Shown one piece after another: positions 7,623 to 16,385 of a stretch of DNA of 32,000 nt. Within the stretch, counting starts at the first letter, position 1. The number at the start of each line of letters is the position of its first letter. Made by a program: the position numbers and the translations under genes. This stretch comes from Candidatus Saccharimonadota bacterium. Its GTDB lineage: Archaea; Nanobdellota; Nanobdellia; Pacearchaeales; GW2011-AR1. The stretch spans positions 60,001-92,000 of the forward strand of contig JAFCEL010000001.1 of the NCBI GenBank assembly GCA_017609205.1. Direction: 5' to 3'. The notes under the pieces were generated by a model. That model was not told the origin of the DNA. It did not search any database and saw nothing but the letters and a program-made list of their open reading frames with translations.

Positions 7623-10600
7623 ATGTCATATAAATTACCTCAAATAATAGAAATATTTTTTTTAGTTCTTATTATCTACACGTCTCTAATACTGAGTATA
7701 GAAATTATTACTGCGGTGGATTATGGAACTGCTTATGATTCTGTAGAAGACTTATACGGCATCTTGGGAGACGGGACAAACAAAACAGGTGCTTATAATA
7801 TCACATTTCAAGTAAGAAGTTGTGCACAATCAGATTGTTCAGATGGAGCATGGTCATCTATTTATACCAATGCAACCTATAATGATATTTCTTCTCTGAA
7901 TAATAACCAATATTTCCAATATAGAGCTCTCTTTTATACAGAGGACCAAAATTACACCCCCATGCTCTTTAATGTTACAATTGGCTACACAAAAAATGTT
8001 TATCCCACGAACGTAACTTTAAACATAGGGAATGATTCTGACAGAGAGTGGAACCAAACAGGTGTTTTTGATTATCAAGCTACGATAAACGATACAAACA
8101 CCACTCCAACTCTTACTTCTGAACTAAATGAAATCTTAGCAGGAGAGTGCTCCTGTTCGGGATGTTATCTTAATTTAACAGACAGAACATGTAAAATACC
8201 ATTTATTTTAAGCTCAGCAACGCAGGGAAAGCTTAACCTATCAGACATAAACATTACCTATGACTTAATGAGTTTAAACATAACAGTTATTGATCAAGAC
8301 CTTAGTCCAATAGAAAATGCTTATGTTGAAATCTTCACGCCAACAGGGAACTCTACTGCATGGAAATCAGCCTATACTGATAGCAATGGAAAAGCATCTT
8401 TTACAACAATTACTGGAAAAACATACGATATAAAATCAAGTAAAACAGGTTATTCATCAAATACAGAAAATACCAATGTCGCTCCAGATGGGAGCTACAA
8501 TTTATCCATGAATGCTTTGATAGATTATATTAAGATATATTTATATGATAACAACAATACTCCTATCTCTGGAAAAACAATTAATCTTTATTTAGCTGAT
8601 AATTCTACAGTCTATCAAACAAATACAACAGATTCGAATGGTTATGTGGAATTCTTTGCAGATATTCAAAATTATGATTTGAAAATAGACCCTAGTGGAT
8701 GGAATAGAATTTATGAAGATATTTCCCCGCCTTATACAAAAAGATTATACGAACTCATAGTTAATGTAACAGACCAGAATGACCAAGCAATTAATGACTC
8801 TTTAGTCTGGGTTTATGAAGCAGGTACAACAACGTCTTACAATGGCAATACAAATTCTTCAGGTGTTGTTACTTTTGGTTTAGAGAATCAGAGCTATGAC
8901 ATCTTAACATTCAAACAAGGAAGTTTCAGCAGATTATTAAGAGTAAGTGCTCCAGACATAATCAATGTAGAATTAGATTTAACAGTAATAGATTATTTAG
9001 ATGAAATCAATTCTTCAATATCAAAGACATTAACAGAACATATTAATGCAACAACAGAGGCTATTAATTCAACTGTAGCACAAATTTTATTAGAAGTCGA
9101 TAATTTAGAGGAATTACATCAATGTAGTGTTTCCCCTAATTCAACAATATGCACTTTACTTAATAGACTTCGTAATAATACAGAGAGCATTTATAATCTG
9201 TCTTCAACAATTAATCAAACAATCTCAAGTTTAGACTTATTCAGAATATCTGCTCTGGTAGCTGGTTCTCCTCGTTATGCAAATGAAGAATCTTTAATAG
9301 AAGCAACATTTGTTGGACAGAATGGCTCTTCTGTTGAGCCCGATATTATTAACGTAACAATCTATGACCCTAATGATAATACTTGGACGACTGCCACAAA
9401 AGCACAATTTACAAAAGGAGATGATAATATATGGCATTATGCAAAATCAATAAGTTCAAATCCTCAGACAGGAATGTATACTGTTCATATGACAGCAGAA
9501 TATGAGGATGTTGAGGCTTCTAAATCAACGCAATTCAGAATAGCTACAGGAGGACCTTATAAAGTTTATTTAGAATGTCCTACTACAAGTTATATTGGGC
9601 AAGAATTATTTTGCTCTGTAATTTTAAAAGATGAGGGTGAGTCTCCAACAGAATCAACTTCAACAGTCTGGGTTGATACAAACAACAATGGGGTATGGGA
9701 TGCTGGTGAGCCTGTAACTTCTTTTAGCAAAGAGACTGTTCCATTACAAAATATTACTGAATCAGTTTCAATAAATGTCCCGTCGACACATCCGACTGGA
9801 TTGTATGTCGTAAGAGTGGATACTTCTTATGCTAATTCTGCACAGCCGAATTCTGGGGCAAGTGATTCTGTAATGTTTAGCATCGCATCTACGAGAGCAG
9901 AGTCCGGTGGGAGTGCAGGAAGTGGATCTGTAATAAATGCACGAGAAACACAAGAATCCCCTAATACCTCCCCCACTATAAAAGTCAAGGAAAAAGAAGG
10001 AAAAATACAGATTGCAGAATTTCCAAAAGAAATTGAAATAAAAAAATCAGAATCCTTAGAGAAAATCATAAAAATAGAGAATACCGGAGAATCTGCTTTG
10101 CATAATGTTAAACTGTTCATATTAGGATTGCCTTCAGAAGATTACTCAATAACACCTCACGACGACATTAATCTTGAGCCAGGAGAAACTCAGGCATTTA
10201 CTATAAATCTCAAAGAAAGTATTGAAGCAAAAGAATACCAAATTAAAGTCTTACTTATCTCTGACGAGGGAACTGAAGAAAAGGATCTAATACTAAGGGT
10301 TAAGGAAACAAGAGAGAATGTTCCTAAGAAAATTCTGCTAATTATCTTAGGGTTTTTTATATTCTACTTAATGATAAAAAAGAAAGAATTTATTAAAAAA
10401 AAGGTAAAGGGATATCGTGATTTATTAAACACAAAGAACACTGCTATCTCTATTCTAATTGGTATCATACTGATTTCAATAATCTTTGATGTTTCAATTA
10501 GAGAAATACCCTTAAAAATGTCTAATAGCATTCTAACTCTCATAAATCTATTCTCTATAAAACTAAATCTCTTTTTTATTATAGGAAGTTTAATAGCATT

Positions 10601-10973
10601 AGTTTTAAGCGGGATATTTATTGTTCTTATATTAATTCTCAAAGAGATCAGAAGACACAATGAATTTTACAATATTAGAACTGTCAAACCCCATAAAATA
10701 TCTATTAAAAAACTAACATCTCTACATTCAAATGCAAAGAAGCTGCATGATTCTAAAATCAAACCAGAAGAAAGGAAAATATCAGGAAGCGATAGAAAAT
10801 CAAATAAGCTAAGTCCAGAGGAAATAAAAGAAAATGTCTACAAGATGCTGAGAGAACACGGGATTGATGTGGGTAACTCTTCAGAATCAAAAAAGAACCC
10901 TTTACAAAAGAACAGGGAAGATCAAAAAAGAAGACAGAACATGCTTAACCAATTGAAAAGAATCTCTGAATGA
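7623..10973 (+). CDS. giant (~1,116 aa) N-glycosylation-sequon-rich surface protein with CarboxypepD_reg-like repeats, a CARDB-like domain, C-terminal TM helices and a charged tail
   Basis: ATG 7623 (MSYKLPQIIEIFFLVLIIY.. signal/TM) lies 7 nt after the FGE gene stop. There are three similar ~80-aa repeats (..VIDQDLSPIENAYVEIF..DSNGKASF.., ..YLYDNNNTPISGKTINLY..DSNGYVEF.., ..VTDQNDQAINDSLVWVY..NSSGVVTF..). A CARDB-like segment follows (IENTGESALHNVKLFI..EPGETQAF), then 3-4 hydrophobic helices and a K/R/E-rich tail. Dozens of N-x-S/T sites. Confidence 0.8.
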   Translation: MSYKLPQIIEIFFLVLIIYTSLILSIEIITAVDYGTAYDSVEDLYGILGDGTNKTGAYNITFQVRSCAQSDCSDGAWSSIYTNATYNDISSLNNNQYFQYRALFYTEDQNYTPMLFNVTIGYTKNVYPTNVTLNIGNDSDREWNQTGVFDYQATINDTNTTPTLTSELNEILAGECSCSGCYLNLTDRTCKIPFILSSATQGKLNLSDINITYDLMSLNITVIDQDLSPIENAYVEIFTPTGNSTAWKSAYTDSNGKASFTTITGKTYDIKSSKTGYSSNTENTNVAPDGSYNLSMNALIDYIKIYLYDNNNTPISGKTINLYLADNSTVYQTNTTDSNGYVEFFADIQNYDLKIDPSGWNRIYEDISPPYTKRLYELIVNVTDQNDQAINDSLVWVYEAGTTTSYNGNTNSSGVVTFGLENQSYDILTFKQGSFSRLLRVSAPDIINVELDLTVIDYLDEINSSISKTLTEHINATTEAINSTVAQILLEVDNLEELHQCSVSPNSTICTLLNRLRNNTESIYNLSSTINQTISSLDLFRISALVAGSPRYANEESLIEATFVGQNGSSVEPDIINVTIYDPNDNTWTTATKAQFTKGDDNIWHYAKSISSNPQTGMYTVHMTAEYEDVEASKSTQFRIATGGPYKVYLECPTTSYIGQELFCSVILKDEGESPTESTSTVWVDTNNNGVWDAGEPVTSFSKETVPLQNITESVSINVPSTHPTGLYVVRVDTSYANSAQPNSGASDSVMFSIASTRAESGGSAGSGSVINARETQESPNTSPTIKVKEKEGKIQIAEFPKEIEIKKSESLEKIIKIENTGESALHNVKLFILGLPSEDYSITPHDDINLEPGETQAFTINLKESIEAKEYQIKVLLISDEGTEEKDLILRVKETRENVPKKILLIILGFFIFYLMIKKKEFIKKKVKGYRDLLNTKNTAISILIGIILISIIFDVSIREIPLKMSNSILTLINLFSIKLNLFFIIGSLIALVLSGIFIVLILILKEIRRHNEFYNIRTVKPHKISIKKLTSLHSNAKKLHDSKIKPEERKISGSDRKSNKLSPEEIKENVYKMLREHGIDVGNSSESKKNPLQKNREDQKRRQNMLNQLKRISE

Positions 10974-10980
10974 AGAATAT

Positions 10981-11304
10981 TTACTCTATAAATTTCCTCA
11001 ATCTTGATTCTAATTCTTCTTCAGAAAGAGCACCAATAAAATTCTCGACAGGTTTTCCGTCTTTAAATATTATAAAATTAGGGATTGAGCTAACATTAAA
11101 TTTTCTTGCGAGACTTTCATTCTCTCCTACATTAACTTTTCCAAATTTTATTTTTCCCTCAAATTTTTCACTAAGATCCTCAATAATAGGTGCCATCATC
11201 ATACAAGGCATACACCATTCTGCAAAGAAATCAATCAGTGCAACACCTTCTTGAACAAAGCCTTCAAAATCACCTTCATTTAGTTCAGCAACTTTCTCTC
11301 CCAT
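10981..11304 (-). CDS. trxA: thioredoxin with atypical CMPC active site
   Basis: 107 aa with a thioredoxin-fold pattern: FFAEWCMPCMMMAPIIEDL..KFGKVNV..SIPNFIIFKDGKPV. Confidence 0.85.
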   Translation of the reverse strand: MGEKVAELNEGDFEGFVQEGVALIDFFAEWCMPCMMMAPIIEDLSEKFEGKIKFGKVNVGENESLARKFNVSSIPNFIIFKDGKPVENFIGALSEEELESRLRKFIE

Positions 11305-11334
11305 AACATTAAGAATACACCAAGTTTATAAAAT

Positions 11335-12561
11335 TTATTGAAGGAGAAATAATTTTTCTAATTCTTTCCTATACTCACTTAGATCAAGATTTTTTCTTGC
11401 AACACCTGATTCAATCGCTGATTTAGCTACTGAAAATGATACTTCTAATGCAACTTTTTTATCAAAAGGCGAAGGAATTATTTTTTCCCGAGTAAGATTC
11501 TCTCCTACAACCTTAGCAAGTGTCTTTGCAGCAGCAATCTTCATTTCTTCATTTATTTCTTTTGCTCTAACATCAAGAGCCCCCCTGAAAACAAATGGAA
11601 AAGCAAGAACGTTATTAACCTGGTTTGGATAATCACTTCTTCCTGTAGCAATGATAACATCTTTTCTTGTTTTTTTGGCAACCTCTGGTTTTATTTCTGG
11701 ATCAGGATTTGCCATTGCAAAGATAATAGGATTCTTATTCATTGATAAGAGCATATCAGGTGTGAAGACGTCTTTAACAGAAACGCCGACAAAGACATCT
11801 GAATTTACAATCGCTTCCTCGAGAGTCCTCAATTCTGTTTCAACTGCAAACTCTGCCTTGTATTTGTTTATATTCTCCCTTCCCTTATATATAACCCCTT
11901 TGCTGTCACACATAATAAGGTTGTTTCTTTTGACACCCAAATCACGAAACAATCTCGCACATGCAATTCCAGCAGCACCGGCTCCTAAAAAGACAACTTT
12001 AACATCCCCTATTTTTTTATCAGCAATCTTTAAGGCATTAATAAATCCAGCAGCAGAAACAATTGCAGTTCCATGCTGGTCGTCGTGGAAAACAGGAATA
12101 TCCAGAATTTTCTTCAACTTCTCTTCAATTTCAAAACACTCAGGAGCTTTTATGTCCTCTAAATTAATTCCCCCATAAGTAGGAGAGATTAATTTTACAA
12201 CATCCACAACTTTTTCAACGTCCTGTGAATCAATCAAAACATCAACTGCATCGATATCTCCGAATTTTTTAAATAAAACAGCTTTCCCCTCCATTACTGG
12301 CTTTCCTGCTAATACACCAATATTTCCCAAACCCAAAACAGCAGTTCCATTAGTAACAACAGCAACAGAGTTTCCTTTGTTAGTATAATCATATACTTTA
12401 TCAGGGTTTTCTTTTATAGCCAAACACGGTTCAGCAACTCCAGGAGTATAAGCCAGTGAAAGATGCTCTGCATTCTCGCATGGCTTTGTTATTATAGTTC
12501 CAATCTTACCAGGTCTTGAATTTTCCTGCTTACTATGATAATCCAATGCTTTCTTTTTCAT
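11335..12561 (-). CDS. NAD(P)-dependent malic enzyme (oxaloacetate-decarboxylating malate dehydrogenase), short form
   Basis: [39 protein letters not shown] and Rossmann [12 protein letters not shown]. The ATG overlaps the nrdG stop (ATGA at 12558-12561). Confidence 0.9.
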   Translation of the reverse strand: MKKKALDYHSKQENSRPGKIGTIITKPCENAEHLSLAYTPGVAEPCLAIKENPDKVYDYTNKGNSVAVVTNGTAVLGLGNIGVLAGKPVMEGKAVLFKKFGDIDAVDVLIDSQDVEKVVDVVKLISPTYGGINLEDIKAPECFEIEEKLKKILDIPVFHDDQHGTAIVSAAGFINALKIADKKIGDVKVVFLGAGAAGIACARLFRDLGVKRNNLIMCDSKGVIYKGRENINKYKAEFAVETELRTLEEAIVNSDVFVGVSVKDVFTPDMLLSMNKNPIIFAMANPDPEIKPEVAKKTRKDVIIATGRSDYPNQVNNVLAFPFVFRGALDVRAKEINEEMKIAAAKTLAKVVGENLTREKIIPSPFDKKVALEVSFSVAKSAIESGVARKNLDLSEYRKELEKLFLLQ

Positions 12562-13256
12562 CTTATTCCAACATTTTCAAAATAATCTAATGCAATATGC
12601 ATCAGCCTTCTGAGATATTCTTCAGAGATATCTCTTTTAAATTTATAACTATTATCTATAAATTTTTGATTATTCTTAAATCCTTGCAAAAAGTATTTTG
12701 AAGGTTTTCTTCCACAAAGATTATTTAACCATTCCCCAATCTTCTTGATTTCCTCTTCATCATGGAACCCCTCGACAATTGTTGTTCTAAATTCATATGC
12801 TCCAAAATCACAAATTAATTTGATACTTTTCTCGATTTTGTCAATATCTATATTTTTTCCAACAACTCTCTCATAGTTATCTTTTCCTGATTTTATATCC
12901 ATAGCAATGTAATTAACTAGATTTTCTTCAACTAATTCCTTAATTGCATCAGGAAAACAGCCATTTGTATCTATCTTGATGTCATAACCGAATTCTTTTA
13001 TTTTTCTAAGGAAAGTCTTATCAATATCCAAGAGGGGTTCTCCTCCTGTTATGCAGACTCCGTCGAGATATTTCTTTCTATCTTTAAGAAAATCTAAAAC
13101 TTCTTTTTCAGAATATATTCTTCCAAGAGGCTCGATTACAAGCTCTGGGTTATGGCAAAAGCCACATCTTAAGTTACAACCATAAAAAAATAGAGTGCAA
13201 GCTAATTTACCTGGATAATCTATTAAAGTAAGTTTTTGTATTCCTGCTATTTTCAT
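12558..13256 (-). CDS. nrdG: anaerobic ribonucleotide reductase activating protein (radical SAM)
   Basis: CNLRCGFCHN radical-SAM cluster motif. MKIAGIQKLTLIDYPGK N-terminus is typical of NrdG. Alternative TTG start at 13268 overlaps the TGA of the upstream 51-aa ORF. Confidence 0.9.
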   Translation of the reverse strand: MKIAGIQKLTLIDYPGKLACTLFFYGCNLRCGFCHNPELVIEPLGRIYSEKEVLDFLKDRKKYLDGVCITGGEPLLDIDKTFLRKIKEFGYDIKIDTNGCFPDAIKELVEENLVNYIAMDIKSGKDNYERVVGKNIDIDKIEKSIKLICDFGAYEFRTTIVEGFHDEEEIKKIGEWLNNLCGRKPSKYFLQGFKNNQKFIDNSYKFKRDISEEYLRRLMHIALDYFENVGIR

Positions 13257-13264
13257 TTGAAAAA

Positions 13265-13420
13265 TCAATTAATATTGCCAACTTCAAAAACCTTTCTTTG
13301 TTCAAATTCTGCTTGTTTTCCTTCATTCCATCCTTTTGTTGGTCTTATATAACCAACGACTCTTGAAAAAATTTCACATTCGGTTCTTTTTGGGCTGTTT
13401 TCTCCTTTCTCTTCAATCAT
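13265..13420 (-). CDS. 51-aa ORF encoding the NrdD C-terminal glycyl-radical domain (separate from the NrdD body)
   Basis: Not in the ORF track (<60 aa). GGAGGT (13424-13429) sits 3 nt upstream of ATG 13420. Translation: MIEEKGENSPKRTECEIFSRVVGYIRPTKGWNEGKQAEFEQRKVFEVGNIN. It contains the class III RNR RVxGY glycyl-radical loop and a WNxGKxxE tail. In frame with nrdD, 9 nt after its TAG. Confidence 0.75.
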   Translation of the reverse strand: MIEEKGENSPKRTECEIFSRVVGYIRPTKGWNEGKQAEFEQRKVFEVGNIN

Positions 13421-13429
13421 TTTTACCTC

Positions 13430-15469
13430 CTAATTTTTTATTTCAGCAGGATTAAGTAATCCGCGCTCAATCAATTCTGCATCACACTTAGGACAATATC
13501 TATGTTCTCCTGCAAGATATCCATGTTTTGGGCAGACTGAGAAAGTTGGGGTTATTGTAAAATAAGGAAGATTAAATCTTTCTGCAATTTTCTTTATAAG
13601 AAGTTTGATATTTTCCTTTGGCAGTCTTTCTCCAATGAAAGAATGAAATACTGTTCCTCCAGTATATTTAATCTGTAAGTGGTCCTGCAATTCAAGTGCC
13701 TCAAAGAGATCGTCTGTGTAATCAACAGGGAGTTGGGTTGAATTTGTATAAAAAGGCTTTGCATTCTTATCTCTTATTGCCTTTTCATTAGCTGCAATTA
13801 TTCTTCCTAATCTTTGTTTATCTATTCTTGCGAATCTATAAGAAGTCCCCTCACCAGGTGTTGCTTCAAGATTGTAAATATTACCTGTTTCGTTCTGGAA
13901 CTCCTCGAGTTTCTTCCTCATAAAGTCTAAAACCTTCTCAGCAAATGCTCTCCCTCTTGGAGTGGCTATATTTTCTCCAGGCATGAAATTCATTATTGCT
14001 TCATTCATTCCAAGCAAACCAATCGTAGCAAAATGATTTTTCCAATATTCTCCGAATCTCTGATGAACTTTTCTAAGATAAAATTTTGAGTAAGGATAAA
14101 GACCAATCTCAGTGAATTTCTCAATTGTTTTTCTTTTTATTTCTAAACTCTCTTTTGCAAGCTCCATAAGATTATTAAGTTTCTCAAAGAAATTTTGTTC
14201 GTCAGTTGATGTGAAACCTAAGCGAGGCATATTTATTGTTACGACCCCTATTGAACCTGTTTGAGGATTTGCACCGAATAATCCTCCCCCCCTTTTTCTG
14301 AGCTGTGTTTGGTCCAGCCTTAATCTGCAACACATACTTCTTGCATCTTCTGGTTTCATATCAGAATTAATAAAATTTGAAAAATAAGGAATTCCATATT
14401 TTGCAGTCATTTCCCAAATAGCATCATAGTTTGGGCTATCCCAGTCAAAGTCTCTTGTGATATTATATGTTGGAATAGGGAATGTGAAAACCCTTCCATT
14501 AGCATCGCCTTCCATCATAACTTCTGCAAATGCTCTATTAAAGACATCCATCTCATTCTGAAACTCCTTGTAAGTTTCTTTCTGGGGTTTTCCTCCTATA
14601 ATAACGGGCTCATTCTTCATATAATCAGGGACCTTTAAATCCATTGTCACATTTGTGAAAGGGGTTTGAAACCCTACCCTCGTCGGAACAGCCATATTAA
14701 ACATAAATTCCTGAATTGCTTGTTTGACTTCTTTATAGGAGAGATCATCATATCTTATGAAAGGTGCTAAGAGCGAATCAAAATTGGAAAATGCCTGAGC
14801 ACCTGCTGTCTCACCCTGAAGAGTATAAAAGAAATTGACAATCTGCCCTAATGCAGAACGAAAATGTTTTGGAGGAGCACAAACAATTTTCTCAGGAGCC
14901 CCGCGGAATCCTGTTATTAGTAAATCCTTTAAATCCCACCCAACACAATAAGCTCCAAGAGTATCTAAGTCATGAATATGCAAATCTCCACTTTCATGAA
15001 CTTTTCTTACTGCTTCTGGATAAATTCTTCTCCTCCAATAATTTGAAATAATCCTCGTCGCTATATAGTTATTTAATCCTTGCAAAGAGAAACTTTTATT
15101 TGAATTTTCCTTGACTCTCCAATCATTTCCTCCAATATAATCTTCAATAGCTTCAATAGTATCAAACATTCCCTTAACATCTCTTAACTCCTGCCTACTT
15201 TTTCTATAAAGAATATATGACTTTGCAACTTTTGCGTGTCCTTCTTCAATAAGTGTTTTTTCTACTAAATCCTGAACTTCTTCAACTTCTGGAATTCCTT
15301 TATCACCATATTTTTTCTCAAGTTGCTCAACAACAAGTTCAGATAATCTCCCTGCACGCTCCCGGTTTGTTCCTCCAACAGATTTAACTGCCTTCCAGAT
15401 TGCCTCTGTAATCTTCTCTTTATCAAATAAGACAACATTTCCATCTCGTTTTCGAATTTTTGTTACCAT
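13430..15469 (-). CDS. nrdD: anaerobic (class III) ribonucleoside-triphosphate reductase, large body without glycyl-radical loop
   Basis: N-terminal ATP-cone (VTKIRKRDGNVVLFDKEKI). Core motifs ..SMCCRLRLD.., GSIGVVTINMPR, NLEATPGEG and C-terminal Zn site CPKH..CPKC. Ends at TAG 13430-13432 before any RVxGY motif. Confidence 0.9.
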   Translation of the reverse strand: MVTKIRKRDGNVVLFDKEKITEAIWKAVKSVGGTNRERAGRLSELVVEQLEKKYGDKGIPEVEEVQDLVEKTLIEEGHAKVAKSYILYRKSRQELRDVKGMFDTIEAIEDYIGGNDWRVKENSNKSFSLQGLNNYIATRIISNYWRRRIYPEAVRKVHESGDLHIHDLDTLGAYCVGWDLKDLLITGFRGAPEKIVCAPPKHFRSALGQIVNFFYTLQGETAGAQAFSNFDSLLAPFIRYDDLSYKEVKQAIQEFMFNMAVPTRVGFQTPFTNVTMDLKVPDYMKNEPVIIGGKPQKETYKEFQNEMDVFNRAFAEVMMEGDANGRVFTFPIPTYNITRDFDWDSPNYDAIWEMTAKYGIPYFSNFINSDMKPEDARSMCCRLRLDQTQLRKRGGGLFGANPQTGSIGVVTINMPRLGFTSTDEQNFFEKLNNLMELAKESLEIKRKTIEKFTEIGLYPYSKFYLRKVHQRFGEYWKNHFATIGLLGMNEAIMNFMPGENIATPRGRAFAEKVLDFMRKKLEEFQNETGNIYNLEATPGEGTSYRFARIDKQRLGRIIAANEKAIRDKNAKPFYTNSTQLPVDYTDDLFEALELQDHLQIKYTGGTVFHSFIGERLPKENIKLLIKKIAERFNLPYFTITPTFSVCPKHGYLAGEHRYCPKCDAELIERGLLNPAEIKN

Positions 15470-15910
15470 TTACCTTAAACCTCTTAGTTCTTTTCTAAAA
15501 TCTTTTACATCTTGAAAATCGCGATAAACAGATGCGAAGCGAATATAAGCAACATTATCCAGCTTCTTTATTTTTTTCATAACAATCTCTCCTATTACAG
15601 AGCTTTTTATCTCTTTTTTTCCTTTTTTTCTCAGTTGTTCTTCTACTTCGTCTACCATTTTATTAATTTTATCTTTTGGAACAGGCCTCTTTTCAAATGC
15701 CTTTTCAACCCCCCTTACTAATTTCTCCTTATCAAATTTTTCACGTCTTTTATCTTTTTTTATAATCCAAAGGTTATTTTGAGACAACCTCTCATAGGTT
15801 GTAAATCTTTTTTTGCACTTTAAACATTCCCTCCTTCGCCTTATCCCTTCAGGAGAATTTCTTTTATCAGTCACTCTTGATTTCTGACTTGAACAATAAG
15901 GACATTTCAT
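15470..15910 (-). CDS. nrdR: NrdR transcriptional repressor (zinc ribbon + ATP-cone)
   Basis: MKCPYCSSQKSRVTDKR..CLKCKKRFTTYE zinc ribbon followed by an ATP-cone (KKDKRREKFDKEKLVRGVEKA..). ATG at 15910 preferred over 15931. The stop abuts the nrdD start (15469/15470). Confidence 0.9.
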   Translation of the reverse strand: MKCPYCSSQKSRVTDKRNSPEGIRRRRECLKCKKRFTTYERLSQNNLWIIKKDKRREKFDKEKLVRGVEKAFEKRPVPKDKINKMVDEVEEQLRKKGKKEIKSSVIGEIVMKKIKKLDNVAYIRFASVYRDFQDVKDFRKELRGLR

Positions 15911-15925
15911 CTTAAAAATAATAAC

Positions 15926-15973
15926 ATACAATATATTGTAGGTTACCTCTAATTTTATTTTTATAAATTGTAG
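15926..15973 (-). promoter_or_regulatory. NrdR-box pair overlapping the nrdR-nrdD promoter
   Basis: Perfect 14-bp palindrome TACAATATATTGTA (15927-15940). The 16-mer matches the known NrdR-box consensus acaCwAtATaTwGtgt at 13/16. A degenerate second box shares the ATTGTAG half-site exactly 32 bp away (15935-15941 vs 15967-15973). On the minus strand, TTTATAAAAA (15957-15966) sits between them. Confidence 0.6.
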
Positions 15974-16094
15974 ATGTTATCTAATAAAGCGATTTCTATT
16001 TAAACATTTATAACTATCAAAAGAAGGTGACATAATGGGGTTAAATTTTTAAAGAAAAATTTCTTCTAAGGGTTAATTAAATTGAGGTGTTAAA

Positions 16095-16385
16095 TTGCTT
16101 GAAAATTATTTTTCAAATCTTGCTTCGGGTTTAGGGATTACTGAAACAACTCTTTTTATAAGCCTAGTTGTTTGGGATCTTGCTTGGAGAAGTGCAGGTG
16201 TTTGGAAATCAACAAAGAACAACCAGCCTGTTTGGTCTGTTTTGTTTGTATTATTCCAGACAATAGGAATTCTGCCAATACTATATATTTTTGTTTTCTC
16301 TAGGATGAGAAAAACAAATTTTTATACAAGACCAATCAAGATTAAACGACCTGAAAGAAAAAAGAGAGTAACAAAAAAGAAATAA
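16095..16385 (+). CDS. small two-TM membrane protein (DUF5652-like)
   Basis: TTG start 5 nt after GAGGTG (16084-16089). Two hydrophobic helices and a basic tail (RPERKKRVTKKK). Confidence 0.5.
   Translation: MLENYFSNLASGLGITETTLFISLVVWDLAWRSAGVWKSTKNNQPVWSVLFVLFQTIGILPILYIFVFSRMRKTNFYTRPIKIKRPERKKRVTKKK

Noticed and set aside
10970-12178. Plus-strand ORFs 10970-11254 and 11651-12178
   Set aside because: They are antisense shadows of the thioredoxin and malic enzyme genes, both of which carry clear family motifs.
13430-13432. TAG as pyrrolysine or reassigned sense codon in nrdD
   Set aside because: There are no pyl genes or other in-frame TAGs in conserved genes here, and TAG terminates the metalloprotease gene (1207-1209). 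Local read-through remains possible, but the SD + ATG right after the stop favours re-initiation.
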